The notes: generated by a model from the sequence alone, not told the origin. Positions 52,001 through 58,590 are shown, counted from the first letter of the stretch. The stretch is DNA of 64,000 nucleotides from Candidatus Undinarchaeales archaeon (GCA_030753015.1 JASMDC010000003.1:64001-128000); one strand, 5' to 3'. Made by a program: numbers and translations.

Positions 52001-52449
52001 TCGCAGGTGGTCGTGGAGCACGCATTTTCAGTGCAAAGGAAATTGATGCAATCCGCCGCCTCGCAGCACTCGCCACCAATCATCCAGGTCGTATCGCAGC
52101 ATATGCCGCCGGTCTTTGCCTTGCACCCGTGAGCGTTGTTGCACTCCTGGCAGTCGTTGCACGTCAAATCGACGCAAATCTTATCCGAGCAGGTCTTGCA
52201 GTTATCGCATTCGTCGTCGGAACAGCAGTTCTTACCAACGAACCAGAACCCCATACAGCATATACCACCGGTTTTTTCCACGCATGCGTGGTCGATAAGA
52301 TCCTGGCAGGCGGTGCACACGAGGTCAACGCAGGCCCCGTCTTCACAGCTCTGGTCAGCGTTGCAGTCGTCGTTGGTAGTGCAAGCTGCGGATAAAGTTA
52401 CCACTAAAAAAAGCACGAGAGCTATAACGGTCCATATGGAGAGTCTCAT
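40057..52449 (-). CDS. Giant (4130 aa) Cys-rich type I membrane protein with a Q/Y/G/W-rich C-terminal tail
   Basis: Signal peptide MRLSIWTVIALVLFLVVTLSAA; ~3850 aa of dense Cys repeats; one Ig-like domain (FTVKNTGSLRDAF); TM EVIVIIGALFLAV-KRR; low-complexity tail. Confidence 0.92.
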   Translation of the reverse strand: MRLSIWTVIALVLFLVVTLSAACTTNDDCNADQSCEDGACVDLVCTACQDLIDHACVEKTGGICCMGFWFVGKNCCSDDECDNCKTCSDKICVDLTCNDCQECNNAHGCKAKTGGICCDTTWMIGGECCEAADCINFLCTENACSTTTCEDGYSLCNDECIVLVAAEGSCTLDCHCQANLDCVGEEGSKKCLKANEQTCTVGTECASGVCVDGACGTCADQDDLTACTKEGVADGWCCQNTCFAPLALDGDCGGVACKCNTNLQCTTDGCKKEAGQTCTDSGQCASKLCAATGLCGTPATGAACLLSGNPTGSVCNEACCSNICDTGTEPDTCDTACASAGETCYETAGGQGGQQGACCNDQCVREAERKAAGTSCTETCECQDGLACGGPEGSKTCRLAAGEPCTAWDECASVVCVQQTAGGNYVCGSCQAKDATFACKAEGIIGLCCNDQCIAPAGLDSGCTQDCHCLANFECSGTKCKRVDGQDCTTWSECANSVCVDDTCGSCTGNDGTACIANGIADGRCCANACSIPGDVGTACTADCQCVENTECAGEEGSRTCRKVNGQACTDSGQCSSGLCDASGLCSTPATGSKCMLTGNPSGTVCADACCATICDTSTDPDTCGTGCAIGGATCYKTVGSQGGQEGKCCNDGCVRDVERLPSGESCTVTCQCTGGLICTGPENNKKCKKEVGGPCTVWSECASGACVQATPGGDYTCGTCDGKDLTYACKSETATGWCCLNQCVTPLGLDEDCTDHCECEDGLQCAGNKCKKEDGEACTTWSQCASGECVMGTAGGAYVCGGCAGKDTSFNCTADGVTGWCCTGACTAPVSQDGACAQNCNCGEAFGCTDTGAGKKCKLKEGQSCTQSDDCSQKLCSLDGVCNGALVSPNQCFMDDPTKGTVCQDKCCGLPSFCINDQCVVLCGVVGATCYEGAGTEGVCCQNECFTLDERGGLFDACNAGCQCKTEYSCTGNKCLYKNGRTCSSWSQCSSGLCVSDGGTYKCGACTAGNAGVACEGDGFNGLCCDNACRVRQGLGAACVSDCYCEETFQCTEGFCKLKETQACEKSLDCANSICAVDPQVCNGGLTSPSKCYVQYPGTKGTACGGQCCGMPNFCFGATKACVNTCNNVWVECYEGSGTPGICCQTGCYTEDERKGLDGICAADCQCKGDFVCTLLACKLKDDRTCSAGNQCASSVCIEMTQDSYKCGTCGAGTTKKECSAGALTGWCCGAECVEPKSLDGSCTADCHCLNNYLCAGAVGNKKCKKVDGQTCTSWDQCVSGVCVDGMCGACGGSDFTTCSRDGVDDGWCCGVQCVAPQGLDAQCTSDCHCETTMQCVGAEGNKLCKLKNDQTCTDSAQCSSELCDAAGKCGTPTTGSKCMLGGTHAGSVCNDVCCANTCNTGTTPYTCGANCANAGATCYESDGGQGGQQGKCCNNNCIRQAEKQPLGQVCQVTCECDETAQLECTGGICKTKSGQPCTQGNQCGTNICVDGLCEECTQDKVSCQSGNTQSGWCCNGECVDAVPLNGVCTGNCNCQGDTELSCSFGIGLCKLTGGQTCSQSTDCDSKVCSAGGAACATNSGQGDLCKVDTNIDGLVCHDECCNGYCDSDSDVCNECGLGHACMKLVSGVKKYGSCCADQCFLTTDRKGYEKDCEEHCECGANLECAVATDNKCRMAAGQGCTNGTACASGACVSGICGTCVGKTDISTGCMTPTFSDGWCCAGACVSPKETGEDCVQNCECKVGMQCAGNKCKKNDGQSCTDSGQCASGICRTDSTCGPDDTGDICKIAGANIGTVCGSVCCNAICDVGLNLCSTTTCVEDHVCYENQGTQGSCCADACYTPGELLLLDAACVKSCQCKNTLACTDDAGGDKCKLKDGQTCTSGAECSSGVCVAGTCGTCAGKAISSQCKTATILDGWCCEGACVTHGALDAGCGADCQCQDQYSCTGLLCKLKNSQNCIHGEDCSSSVCVNDVCGTCVGKGKTNACDTQAVANGWCCADECVSPGELGDACTEDCQCKDQFLCTGFQCKRKNGEACISGDQCASDVCVQQTAGGNYVCGSCGGKSVDTQCKTGTVDDGYCCSGGCNRHKGQDEGCTVDCNCDPTFTCKDNRCKKKAGQACVTAGECAVGQCVAGTCRTCTGIVDFTSCASTTVTSGKCCNNICTAPKGLGEGCTFTCQCGSNMECIGAVCKKAAGQPCTSGDQCGTGLCVGAPGESICGTCNTDDFTACKTITISDGWCCGGECAAPQALDGPCDSYCECHQNFACTETGIGKKCKLKKAQTCTLSTDCTSGVCLSNGQCDQAAVGMSCKITAGIDGSVCGNSWAWDTCCAKICDAGTTQCAMTCTEGNTCYEGAGIQGECCTSTCITPPEKGGLNAPCGKDCVCDQTRFTCVDTYGGPNVDTCKKINGQGCESGRDCASKVCVDGTCGTCMGMLAKTPCSTDVLAQGWCCNNQCIYAKPINSPCQRDCECNVGTECHNGLCKLSAGETCTSAALCSSGQCVSSGAYTCGNCVVDGVGCLDENGVIKQCCSNLCNVGWKGVTEPCGNDCECATNMKCAGNPRTCKYVDGQPCTHGNQCQSGYCVDKTGNNGWRCGTCDAAEDNGNKIIDTQGTTGVCCVGNHCTPICRDSDVNGQVDTCNSCEGMAQGSLCYTVAGEGECCNNKCYSSKLPSGQSCNKDCECEAGFCDRNTHLCTDLAGEGALCISDADCQSGLTCIDTDGNGRLDKCSTCNKHGSRKCQEDILSGYCCGGTCKGMLYLSWFPEAECGENPCDGEVKCIAGDWKCNTAGQYKCFQDQSSTCTQTGIFNTGQAANCVPYKCDGTTGKCRTTCVSNDHCLTSYSCIDLTTDGVPETCDTCTGHEASVCDLGGKTGFCCGDACNAPPVAEWTPANRCGEQDCNGAVKCEDDSWVCDTYGDPVCSPDLTLRGQCSNVGAFSSLGDCSPYTCDPSVGQCRTACASSIDCQTQFPCIDIDGQTGLDRCASCSAFGAAACEHLGTSGFCCGNGCEAMSSAQWNPGGGCGLNQCDGGKVTCRESEWLCDTFERHVCNEGRTRTTQCSKLGEYDIPTEDSCGSYICDPTVGTCMTGCTSDIHCTSQCCVLGSCVEKKTKEEGESCEKDCECGGNSVCDPGTKKCSKAVTCPNGQVRNCDASKPICVDDPLKEWLCKPECFPDEAPCVTENSRGFCCAGTCISPRPGFFPGKDCGRLDCGGNVGCNLATGELTCNSFGSICCDSNAPGTCNEVGDCQATSPPCSNQCGGGGSRTFLNYTCHTGLCEAVSSDCSEILFQCNSDRGCVECLDDTHCEDQCQRYSFLNYTCQNFKCEILGADIQDCSTGGSNQICQLPTGCLQCISTEQCQAQYGANYACDFQTLGCKVAKCFKDENCPYTCEQNIYRGQSCNNYICQDKPEQDCKAEGGICTREGCVNCVSDVNCTLTYGTDFGCKGGRCEMLCGNGKCDEGEDCNDCPQDCQCKGTETCDPTTTWAHGCAPDYDNDGFADDKDPCPRDPKNACKPCQGDKDCTDMCHQNVHIEFSCQISVCTPGTEVSCAEMGLICDPAARCVRCGNMTDSNKACKTAFEFTYICADDRCLPDRDMDGMPDSEDPCPTDPTNACTAECPNNVCEATEDCNTCPEDCGCDDGNACSVDRCILGQCIYEASDCGSACETGVCDGDSECMVRSSGGGDCFCEGMCEKGYTCDQSQKCAKAECGDGKCQNECGQCPQDCSIKDCLNNGVCDTSMGENCASAPKDCSCMPGFTCDAQRPESNEIGCYRIACGDKHCDSPDETSGTCCVDCECPGNQKCDPETNSCRGGCGDGECELATECDSCRVDCTPDDCINRKCAPGIGENCRNSADCICDAEIESEATLVMVEKQTKLLSFTVKNTGSLRDAFDITIESDSTLVGLAWTKRLKVNIDVNATFPLSVDVQGHIPGSHVIIINAVPRGLPNKTIIRKVVVAVEQESVLEQIGVLANIKDFIEVIVIIGALFLAVKRRFFPGKAVPVATQGAWQQQQQANYMANQYYGGGGYYGQSGAWRATPANNAQWGGQAGGWGQGQAMQAQAQQAAPPPKKEEPKEELSDAARGLHPGAVSGPSTPGKGLHPGDEGSTSDAKAKKTEEEEDLDYRGFHP
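40137..40198 (-). repeat. 17-nt direct repeat encoding GLHPG twice in the giant protein's tail
   Basis: CACCGGGGTGCAGCCCC at 40137-40153 and 40182-40198. Confidence 0.85.
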
Positions 52450-53744
52450 TCTATCATCTGCCGTGCCCTCTGGACACGTTCGAGTGCTGTCTCTAATCGT
52501 TGCAGACCTTCTGACAGCGCACCTCCCTGTAACAGCTCAACGCTCTGTGAGAGATCGCTCTGGACCTCGTCCAATAAGAATAGCATTCGGGTACTATTTA
52601 AGGGTTCCGACGCAGTGTTGCGTTCTTCCTCAATCCATACGCGCCGTCCTGATGGGCTGATCTCAGCCCAGCGTTCCCAGCGCAACCGGCCCCGCTCACG
52701 CCACCCCTCCTCCCATGCTTCTGCGAACTTGCCCTCGCGTACAAGCACATCGAAGCCAGTGGGATCCGCAAGACTGTCACGCAGCCATCCGAGAGGCCAT
52801 TTTTCGTCCACAAGGATCGGTTTCGAGGCAGCGCTCCACGTGGGAAGGTCCTCCAGGGCATGTCCCGCGGAAGCACCGGCGGGATCCCCCACCAACTCCC
52901 GGCGTACGAGAGGTCCGACGCCTCTCCCCCCCACCGTAGCCTCCTCGATCCCACCCATGACGGTTGTGTAGGCGGTCTCTGTTCCGTCCATGCTCCCCAC
53001 GACCACCACTTCCGAAAGACGTCCGGCCAAGGATGCGAGCCGAGGGGCATCATCGCAGTGGAGATACATCATGTCGTCGACCGGACGCACGGGGAGCGAG
53101 AGAGAGGATGCGACCACGGGATCGCAATAGAGGACTGCACGTGTACCCTCGAGGGTAGGCGACAGTGTTGTGAGGGCACTGCCACAGAGACCGAGGGAGA
53201 GGTCGATACCTGGAGCGAACACTGCCGATGGCCCCAGTCGTCGAACCTCGCTCGCAACTGCTGCTGTAAGCTGACCAGGGACAAGGAGAAGGGGCGTGGC
53301 ACTGAGGCCTCGTGCCCGGATCATTGACACCAGGTCGTCCTGGCGAACTATGGCCACCGTGTCAGCTTCCCCCCAGAAGAACCGCGACACCTCCACGGAA
53401 GTACCCGTAGCTGTGGCCCCCCACAAGCGTACAGTGCGCGCATGAGCCGCGAGATCCTCCTCGAGGGCGGGCGGAAGCACAGCGGGACCCCCCACGAGCA
53501 CCACCAGCCGGGGCTTCATCTGCTCAAGCACACCAAGGGAGTGGGACCCAAGGGTGCCGTCCGTTGCGAGCACAGGTGCTCCCACAAGGCGGGCCGCTTG
53601 GGCAGCAAGGGCGCAGTCCAGGTGAGTTGCGGTCGAGCAGATGAGAACGGTGCCCACTTGTGGCCCGACCTGGCTCCCAATGCCGGCAAAGGAGGTGCTA
53701 AGGAGCAGGAAACAGCAGCAGATTAATGTGCAGGCCCGGCTCAT
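52446..53744 (-). CDS. Secreted cell-wall-binding repeat 2 (CWB2)-like protein
   Basis: Signal peptide; APVLAT...LVVLVGGPAVL....E..L.....VRLWGAT...TSVEV matches the CWB2 pattern. ATGA-coupled to both neighbours. Confidence 0.75.
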   Translation of the reverse strand: MSRACTLICCCFLLLSTSFAGIGSQVGPQVGTVLICSTATHLDCALAAQAARLVGAPVLATDGTLGSHSLGVLEQMKPRLVVLVGGPAVLPPALEEDLAAHARTVRLWGATATGTSVEVSRFFWGEADTVAIVRQDDLVSMIRARGLSATPLLLVPGQLTAAVASEVRRLGPSAVFAPGIDLSLGLCGSALTTLSPTLEGTRAVLYCDPVVASSLSLPVRPVDDMMYLHCDDAPRLASLAGRLSEVVVVGSMDGTETAYTTVMGGIEEATVGGRGVGPLVRRELVGDPAGASAGHALEDLPTWSAASKPILVDEKWPLGWLRDSLADPTGFDVLVREGKFAEAWEEGWRERGRLRWERWAEISPSGRRVWIEEERNTASEPLNSTRMLFLLDEVQSDLSQSVELLQGGALSEGLQRLETALERVQRARQMIE

Positions 53745-54706
53745 CGCCGGAGCGCCCCCCGATTGAGGATGACGCGGTTGGTCTTGCCGACGGGGGAGCG
53801 GGTAATGATACCGCGTTCCTCAAGGCCTGAGAGAATGCGGCTGAGCTTGGCCTTGGAAAAGTCCGTGGTCTTTTGAAGTTCCTTCTGGAGGGGAGGATCA
53901 TCAGAGTTCAGGATGGCCTCGATGACAACGCGCTCGTTCTCCTCCATCACTGACAGGATATCCTCTTCCCGCACTTCCTCCTCTCGATGAAGCTGTCGCA
54001 CACCTATCGAATAGCCGAGAACGAAGAACGCCACGGCCAGGCCTACGGCCATGGGAGTCCGGTCGGGCGGTGGGGGTACCGGCTCTGTGGCAGGGCTCCG
54101 CGCTGCTTTCTCGAACCCTACGTAGAAGGTCATCTCCTCTCCAGGTTCAAGGCCTCCCCGTCGCCATTCGAACGAGAGTTGTCGACCGTCCGTACGCACG
54201 ATCGCGTTGGGGTAGAGCACTGGCCGGGCCTGGGATGCTCGCCGCTGGAGGCTGACGGGCAGCACAAAGCCCTCCGGTAGGTGGGCGACGAGCTTGAAGT
54301 CGAGCACAGGGTCCTCCGCCCGGTACGTTAAGGAGAAGTCCATCCCTTCTTCCATGCTCCGCACAAGCTCGCCCGTGCTGAACCTGAGACTGATGTTCAC
54401 GATCCCCTCGGGAGCCAGCGGCTGCCTGAAAGGAATGACAACCTCCTTGGTATTCCATGGTCCGTCACGCACTGAATGGGTGAGGTTCCCCTGAGCATCG
54501 AAGACCTCCAGATCCTTCATCCCACCCAACAGCGAGAACGTCGTGGAATCGAGGGGCGTGCCCGAAGTGTTCTCCCCCACGATATCGATGCGCTCTACAC
54601 ATGTTCCATCCGGTGCGATATCAATATCGATGTAAAGTGAGTGGAAATACATATCGGCCACGGTGGGAGTAAGCAGGAGGAACGCCACGAGTAGCCAAGC
54701 TCGCAT
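53741..54706 (-). CDS. Membrane-anchored transcriptional regulator (extracellular beta-domain, TM, C-terminal winged HTH; COG2512-like)
   Basis: Signal peptide; beta-rich ectodomain; TM MAVGLAVAFFVLGYSIGV; ENERVVI...QKELQKTTDFSKAKLSRIL..LEERGII.R...GKTNRV. Confidence 0.88.
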   Translation of the reverse strand: MRAWLLVAFLLLTPTVADMYFHSLYIDIDIAPDGTCVERIDIVGENTSGTPLDSTTFSLLGGMKDLEVFDAQGNLTHSVRDGPWNTKEVVIPFRQPLAPEGIVNISLRFSTGELVRSMEEGMDFSLTYRAEDPVLDFKLVAHLPEGFVLPVSLQRRASQARPVLYPNAIVRTDGRQLSFEWRRGGLEPGEEMTFYVGFEKAARSPATEPVPPPPDRTPMAVGLAVAFFVLGYSIGVRQLHREEEVREEDILSVMEENERVVIEAILNSDDPPLQKELQKTTDFSKAKLSRILSGLEERGIITRSPVGKTNRVILNRGALRR

Positions 54707-54750
54707 TACGTCGGGGGAACGCGTCCAAGCTTTTTATTTATATACAAGCA

Positions 54751-56103
54751 TTATCGGCGCTGCCAGGCACCGCCTTGCTGCCCTTGCTGTGGATAACGAC
54801 TCCATCCCGGGGGTGCTTGGTACATCCCGGGGGCGCCTCCATATGCTTGGGGCTGCTGCCCCCATTGCTGCTGGTCGGAGGGAGGCTGGACTCCTCCCTT
54901 CTTATTCTTGTCAAGGTAATAGGTCTTGAAGAGGTACACCCCCAGAAGGGGTAGGAGCACGATCTCGAGGGCGTCGTAGAGCTCCTTGATGTACATGATA
55001 TAGCTGAAGAAGGTCTTAGTGAGGATGTACTCGAAGAGGCCCATGGGGGAAACTATGATGGTGTACTTCGTCGCAAAAAGCTCTTGGGCCTGATCCGAGC
55101 GCACCTTTATGATAATATCGCTCTGTTCTTGCTGTCGCCCGGAGAGGTAGGGGGCGATTAGGTCAACCCTGAACTGTTCCAAATCGCCGGGCTCCATAGG
55201 CTTGATCTGCTTGTACCAGTTCTTCATACCGAAGGAGCCATTGATTATGTCGACCACGTAGCTGTCGGTGATGTTACCTGCGTTCTCCACATCGAAGTAG
55301 AACACATGCTCCTCACCCTCCTGGATCTCCACGTTATCGTTGGGGAACGAGACCGATGGAAGGCACACACAGTCCTCTGTGTTCCGGCAGTTCTCGCCAA
55401 TGCTCGGGACACAGGCCGTGTCGTTGCATCCAGAAGGAGTACAGTCGAGGGAGCATGAGAGACATTCGGTGGGCTCGCAGAGTCCGTCACCGCACCGAAG
55501 GATGCAGCGGTGGAGCGTCGCGTTGCAGGCCTCGTCGGGATTATCGCAGCCGCAGTCCTCGCAGCACGAGCCAGACGTCTCGAAGGGTTTCTCGCACTTC
55601 CCGTCTCCGCACTCGATTTCGTAGCATCCACGCTCGTCGGCCCGTTCGTGGTTCGGATTGCAGTACCGATCGAAACAGGGGCAGTCCGTCGGGACGGTGT
55701 CACAGTTCTCACCGAGCTTGACGTCACACACCCGGTTGTTCTTGCACGTGTCCTTTGAACAGTCCTCGTCACAGAGGCCACATTCGTGCTCGCACTTCCC
55801 GTCGGGGCATACGGAGGCCGTGCATTTGGTGTACTTGCAGTGGTAACCCAGTTGGCACATGGAGTCGCAGAGGCAATAACCTCCGTCCCCCGGGATGACC
55901 GAGACACAGCCCTTCTCTCCATTGCACACCTTACCGTCACCGCAGGGGAATCCGCAACCTATGGTGTTGAAGATACATGACCCGGACCGGCAGAGCGCCT
56001 TAGTACAGGGATTGTCGTCCACGCATTCGAGGTCGTTCTGACATCCGGCGGCCAGGATGAGGAGCAGGCCAATCAGGAATCCCAGGGTGCGTGCAGGGGG
56101 GAT
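54751..56103 (-). CDS. Cys-rich type I membrane protein (~450 aa), short paralog of the giant protein's C-terminus
   Basis: The frame extends upstream of GTG 56022 into a signal peptide (IPPARTLGFLIGLLLILAAG-C). Cys pattern, Ig domain, TM and Q/G/W/Y tail are collinear with the 4130-aa protein. Start uncertain (see findings). Confidence 0.85.
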   Translation of the reverse strand: MPPARTLGFLIGLLLILAAGCQNDLECVDDNPCTKALCRSGSCIFNTIGCGFPCGDGKVCNGEKGCVSVIPGDGGYCLCDSMCQLGYHCKYTKCTASVCPDGKCEHECGLCDEDCSKDTCKNNRVCDVKLGENCDTVPTDCPCFDRYCNPNHERADERGCYEIECGDGKCEKPFETSGSCCEDCGCDNPDEACNATLHRCILRCGDGLCEPTECLSCSLDCTPSGCNDTACVPSIGENCRNTEDCVCLPSVSFPNDNVEIQEGEEHVFYFDVENAGNITDSYVVDIINGSFGMKNWYKQIKPMEPGDLEQFRVDLIAPYLSGRQQEQSDIIIKVRSDQAQELFATKYTIIVSPMGLFEYILTKTFFSYIMYIKELYDALEIVLLPLLGVYLFKTYYLDKNKKGGVQPPSDQQQWGQQPQAYGGAPGMYQAPPGWSRYPQQGQQGGAWQRR

Positions 56104-56132
56104 GTGACATCACCTCGCGGCGCCGCGAACCT

Positions 56133-56462
56133 TTAATTTCCACCGTCCTTCCGTCGAGAAAGGATCTCGAGCCCGGCATTGATGCCTATAAGGAGCTCGC
56201 TTATCTCGTGGGGGTCCGTCGTCGCCTCCAGCCTAGCTACGAGTTCATTGATTTTATAACTAACGATGCGGTCGAGCGGTCGAGCCTCCCCTTTCTTCTC
56301 GTTCGATACCCCCTGTTTCGAGCAACGGGGGCAGATGACCTTGCCCTTCACCTTGAAGAGTGGCGAACCACAAGTGGGGCAGTGCTTGGAGAGCATCTTG
56401 CCTCCTGCTAGAAGGAGCGTGGTCATCTCCTTGAGCGGATCTTCCTCCTCCATTATGCTCAC
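56133..56462 (-). CDS. UPF0148 / Sjogren's-scleroderma autoantigen 1 family Zn-ribbon protein
   Basis: LLLAGGKMLSKHCPTCGSPLF..KGKVICPRC. Confidence 0.88.
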   Translation of the reverse strand: MSIMEEEDPLKEMTTLLLAGGKMLSKHCPTCGSPLFKVKGKVICPRCSKQGVSNEKKGEARPLDRIVSYKINELVARLEATTDPHEISELLIGINAGLEILSRRKDGGN

Positions 56463-56515
56463 TGACCCGGTCCTAAAGCCGATGCCTTAAGAATGTTAGC
56501 CCCCTCGTATCCTGC

Positions 56516-57271
56516 ATGGCCGATGTAGAAGTGCGGTGCAAGTTGGAATCACTCGCAGGCTACACCCTGGTCATGGGTTTTCCTGACGTTGGGCTCGCCG
56601 GTGCGATTGCTGCAGAGCATATCTCCGCTAAAGCAGGGATGCGTGAAGTGGGCCACATCCAATCGGACCGGCTCGTACCCCTGGCGGTCGTCGAGGAAGG
56701 GATTGTCGCACGACCCATCTCCATCTACGTCTCCAAGCGCCGCAAGCTCGTCCTCATCCGCTCCTATGTCCACCTCCCACCGCGGTTGGCCCACGAAGTA
56801 TCCCGCGCAGTTGTGGGTTGGGCCCACGAATCAGGGATCACCGAGGTGATATGCTTCGCAGGCGTGCTCATAGAGGAAGGCCAGGACGGTGGCGATGACG
56901 TATACGTGGCGACCACGACAGGGGAGGCTTTAAACGGAGACCGTCTACAACGGCTGCTGAACCGGGATGGCGTGTATCCCTGGACGGGCTCCGTGTACGG
57001 CTTCGTAGGGCAGGTCTTGCTCGATTGTATCGATGTTGACCTCCCCGCCGTCTCACTCGTGGTGGAGACCCGTGCCGACTACCCGGACGCCCGGGCGGCG
57101 GCCACCTGTATTCGCACCCTCAACCGGTATCTCAACCTACGCATAGACCTGGAGCCACTCATGGAGGAGGCCAACCTCATCGAGGGGCAGATGAAGTCGG
57201 TTATGGATCATGCCAGCAGGCTCCACCAGCAAATGGAGCAGACGACGAGCGCGAACCTGATGTTCAGATAG
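56516..57271 (+). CDS. Proteasome assembly chaperone, PAC2 family (PbaA/PbaB-like)
   Basis: GFPDVGLAGAIAA, G.VYG..G.VL, YPDARAAA, IDLEPL.EEA..IE. Confidence 0.9.
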   Translation: MADVEVRCKLESLAGYTLVMGFPDVGLAGAIAAEHISAKAGMREVGHIQSDRLVPLAVVEEGIVARPISIYVSKRRKLVLIRSYVHLPPRLAHEVSRAVVGWAHESGITEVICFAGVLIEEGQDGGDDVYVATTTGEALNGDRLQRLLNRDGVYPWTGSVYGFVGQVLLDCIDVDLPAVSLVVETRADYPDARAAATCIRTLNRYLNLRIDLEPLMEEANLIEGQMKSVMDHASRLHQQMEQTTSANLMFR

Positions 57272-57516
57272 GTCACCCATCTACCGATCTTCGGATGAAA
57301 AAAGGCACGTGACCACATCCATTCACCGTGTATCGGGCATCCCGCGCTAGATATCCCAATCCAAGCCATCTCCAGGGTCGGTTCATCGAGGGAAATGGTT
57401 CCCGGAACCTTCGTCCACCATGAACAGCGCAGAATCAGTCTATCGCTCCCCGGTGACAATGGTTGGCCCGGATTATTCATTATCCTTGCATGGCAGATGA
57501 TTACATGGTGAGAACC

Positions 57517-58590
57517 ATGGATGTGACAGATAAAGACCAATCGACGACCCTGCTGGTCGTTATTTCCATCATCGGGTGCATCCTTGCGCTTGATGTAATG
57601 GATATAGATGGCAGATGGAATACGGATGTGGGCATAACCCGCCTTCGAGAGGTGGGGGTGTCCATAGGTAACTGGGGACTGAACGCGGCTGGAGCCGTTC
57701 TACGTATCGTTGGCGACGGTATCGGCACTGGCGCATCGGAAGGCGCCTACTCGTCGCCGCCTTTCGAGGTGATATCACTACAGGAACCGCCTCCACTGAT
57801 GCCGAGAGTCGTTCACCAGCCAGCGCCTGCACCGCCGGTGATGACTGGGCAGGCGCCACCGGTGGACATGGTGTTCGTCCTGGATTCGACCGGGAGCATG
57901 AGTGATGAGATTACCACCGTAAAGCTACACATAGAGCGAATCGTGGCCGAGGCGCGGGATGGTGATCCGCAGCCTGACCTCCGCGTAGGTCTTGTGACCT
58001 ATCGCGACCATCCACCAGAGGAGAGGGATTATCTACTTAGGACCATACCCCTGACGCATAACATCGATTCGTTCACCAAAGAGTTGGTGAATGTGAACGC
58101 CAACGGTGGCGGGGACTCACCCGAGGCGGTTGTGGAAGGACTCAAGGCGTCTCTTTCCCTAGACTGGAGACCCCGCGCCTCGAAGATTGTCTTCCTAATC
58201 GGTGATGCACCGCCGTACGGTCACTGCAACGACCGACGATCCCGGGGCGACCACCTCCTCAACGTAGCCCACTGGGCAGCCGATATGGGCATTGTTGTGT
58301 ACCCCCTCTCCGGGTCCGGAATGGGTCCGTGCGGTGTGGGGCTATGGCAGGAGGTCGCACGCATCACCGGAGGCACTTACGAGATGCTGGTGTATGAACG
58401 CAGAAACGTCCAGAAGGAGTACGAGGGGCGGGGAACGCCGCTTAAAGCCTGGCAGGTCGCAGAGATGCGGCGGGAAGCCACCTTTGACGCAGAAAACAAT
58501 ACCGTGCTTGATAACCAGCTGGCCATCTTCGCCCGCGACAACATAGCGGCGCAGGTGGCTCGTGAGCAAGGCGTGAAGTATAGTAGGTAG
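57517..58590 (+). CDS. Membrane-anchored/secreted von Willebrand factor A domain protein
   Basis: N-terminal hydrophobic segment; DMVFVLDSTGSM MIDAS motif; VGLVTYRD; GGGDSPE; LIGDAPP. GGTGA RBS precedes ATG 57517. Confidence 0.88.
   Translation: MDVTDKDQSTTLLVVISIIGCILALDVMDIDGRWNTDVGITRLREVGVSIGNWGLNAAGAVLRIVGDGIGTGASEGAYSSPPFEVISLQEPPPLMPRVVHQPAPAPPVMTGQAPPVDMVFVLDSTGSMSDEITTVKLHIERIVAEARDGDPQPDLRVGLVTYRDHPPEERDYLLRTIPLTHNIDSFTKELVNVNANGGGDSPEAVVEGLKASLSLDWRPRASKIVFLIGDAPPYGHCNDRRSRGDHLLNVAHWAADMGIVVYPLSGSGMGPCGVGLWQEVARITGGTYEMLVYERRNVQKEYEGRGTPLKAWQVAEMRREATFDAENNTVLDNQLAIFARDNIAAQVAREQGVKYSR

Noticed and set aside
40860-52380. Giant protein as a multiheme cytochrome
   Set aside because: The His-containing motifs are CxxDCHC within the regular Cys spacing, not repeated CxxCH, and His is sparse.
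40107-52400. Many overlapping alternative-frame and antisense ORFs (e.g. 41854-43269 +, 47015-48190 +) within the giant gene
   Set aside because: Shadow ORFs from high GC and repetitive Cys codons; no recognisable domains, and they lie entirely within a coherent 4130-aa ORF.
52370-52449. Lipoprotein lipobox (LSAA-C; also LAAG-C at ~56043)
   Set aside because: The Cys fits as the first residue of the Cys-rich domain (CxxxxxC), and both proteins already have a C-terminal TM anchor. Lipidation is not excluded but is unsupported.
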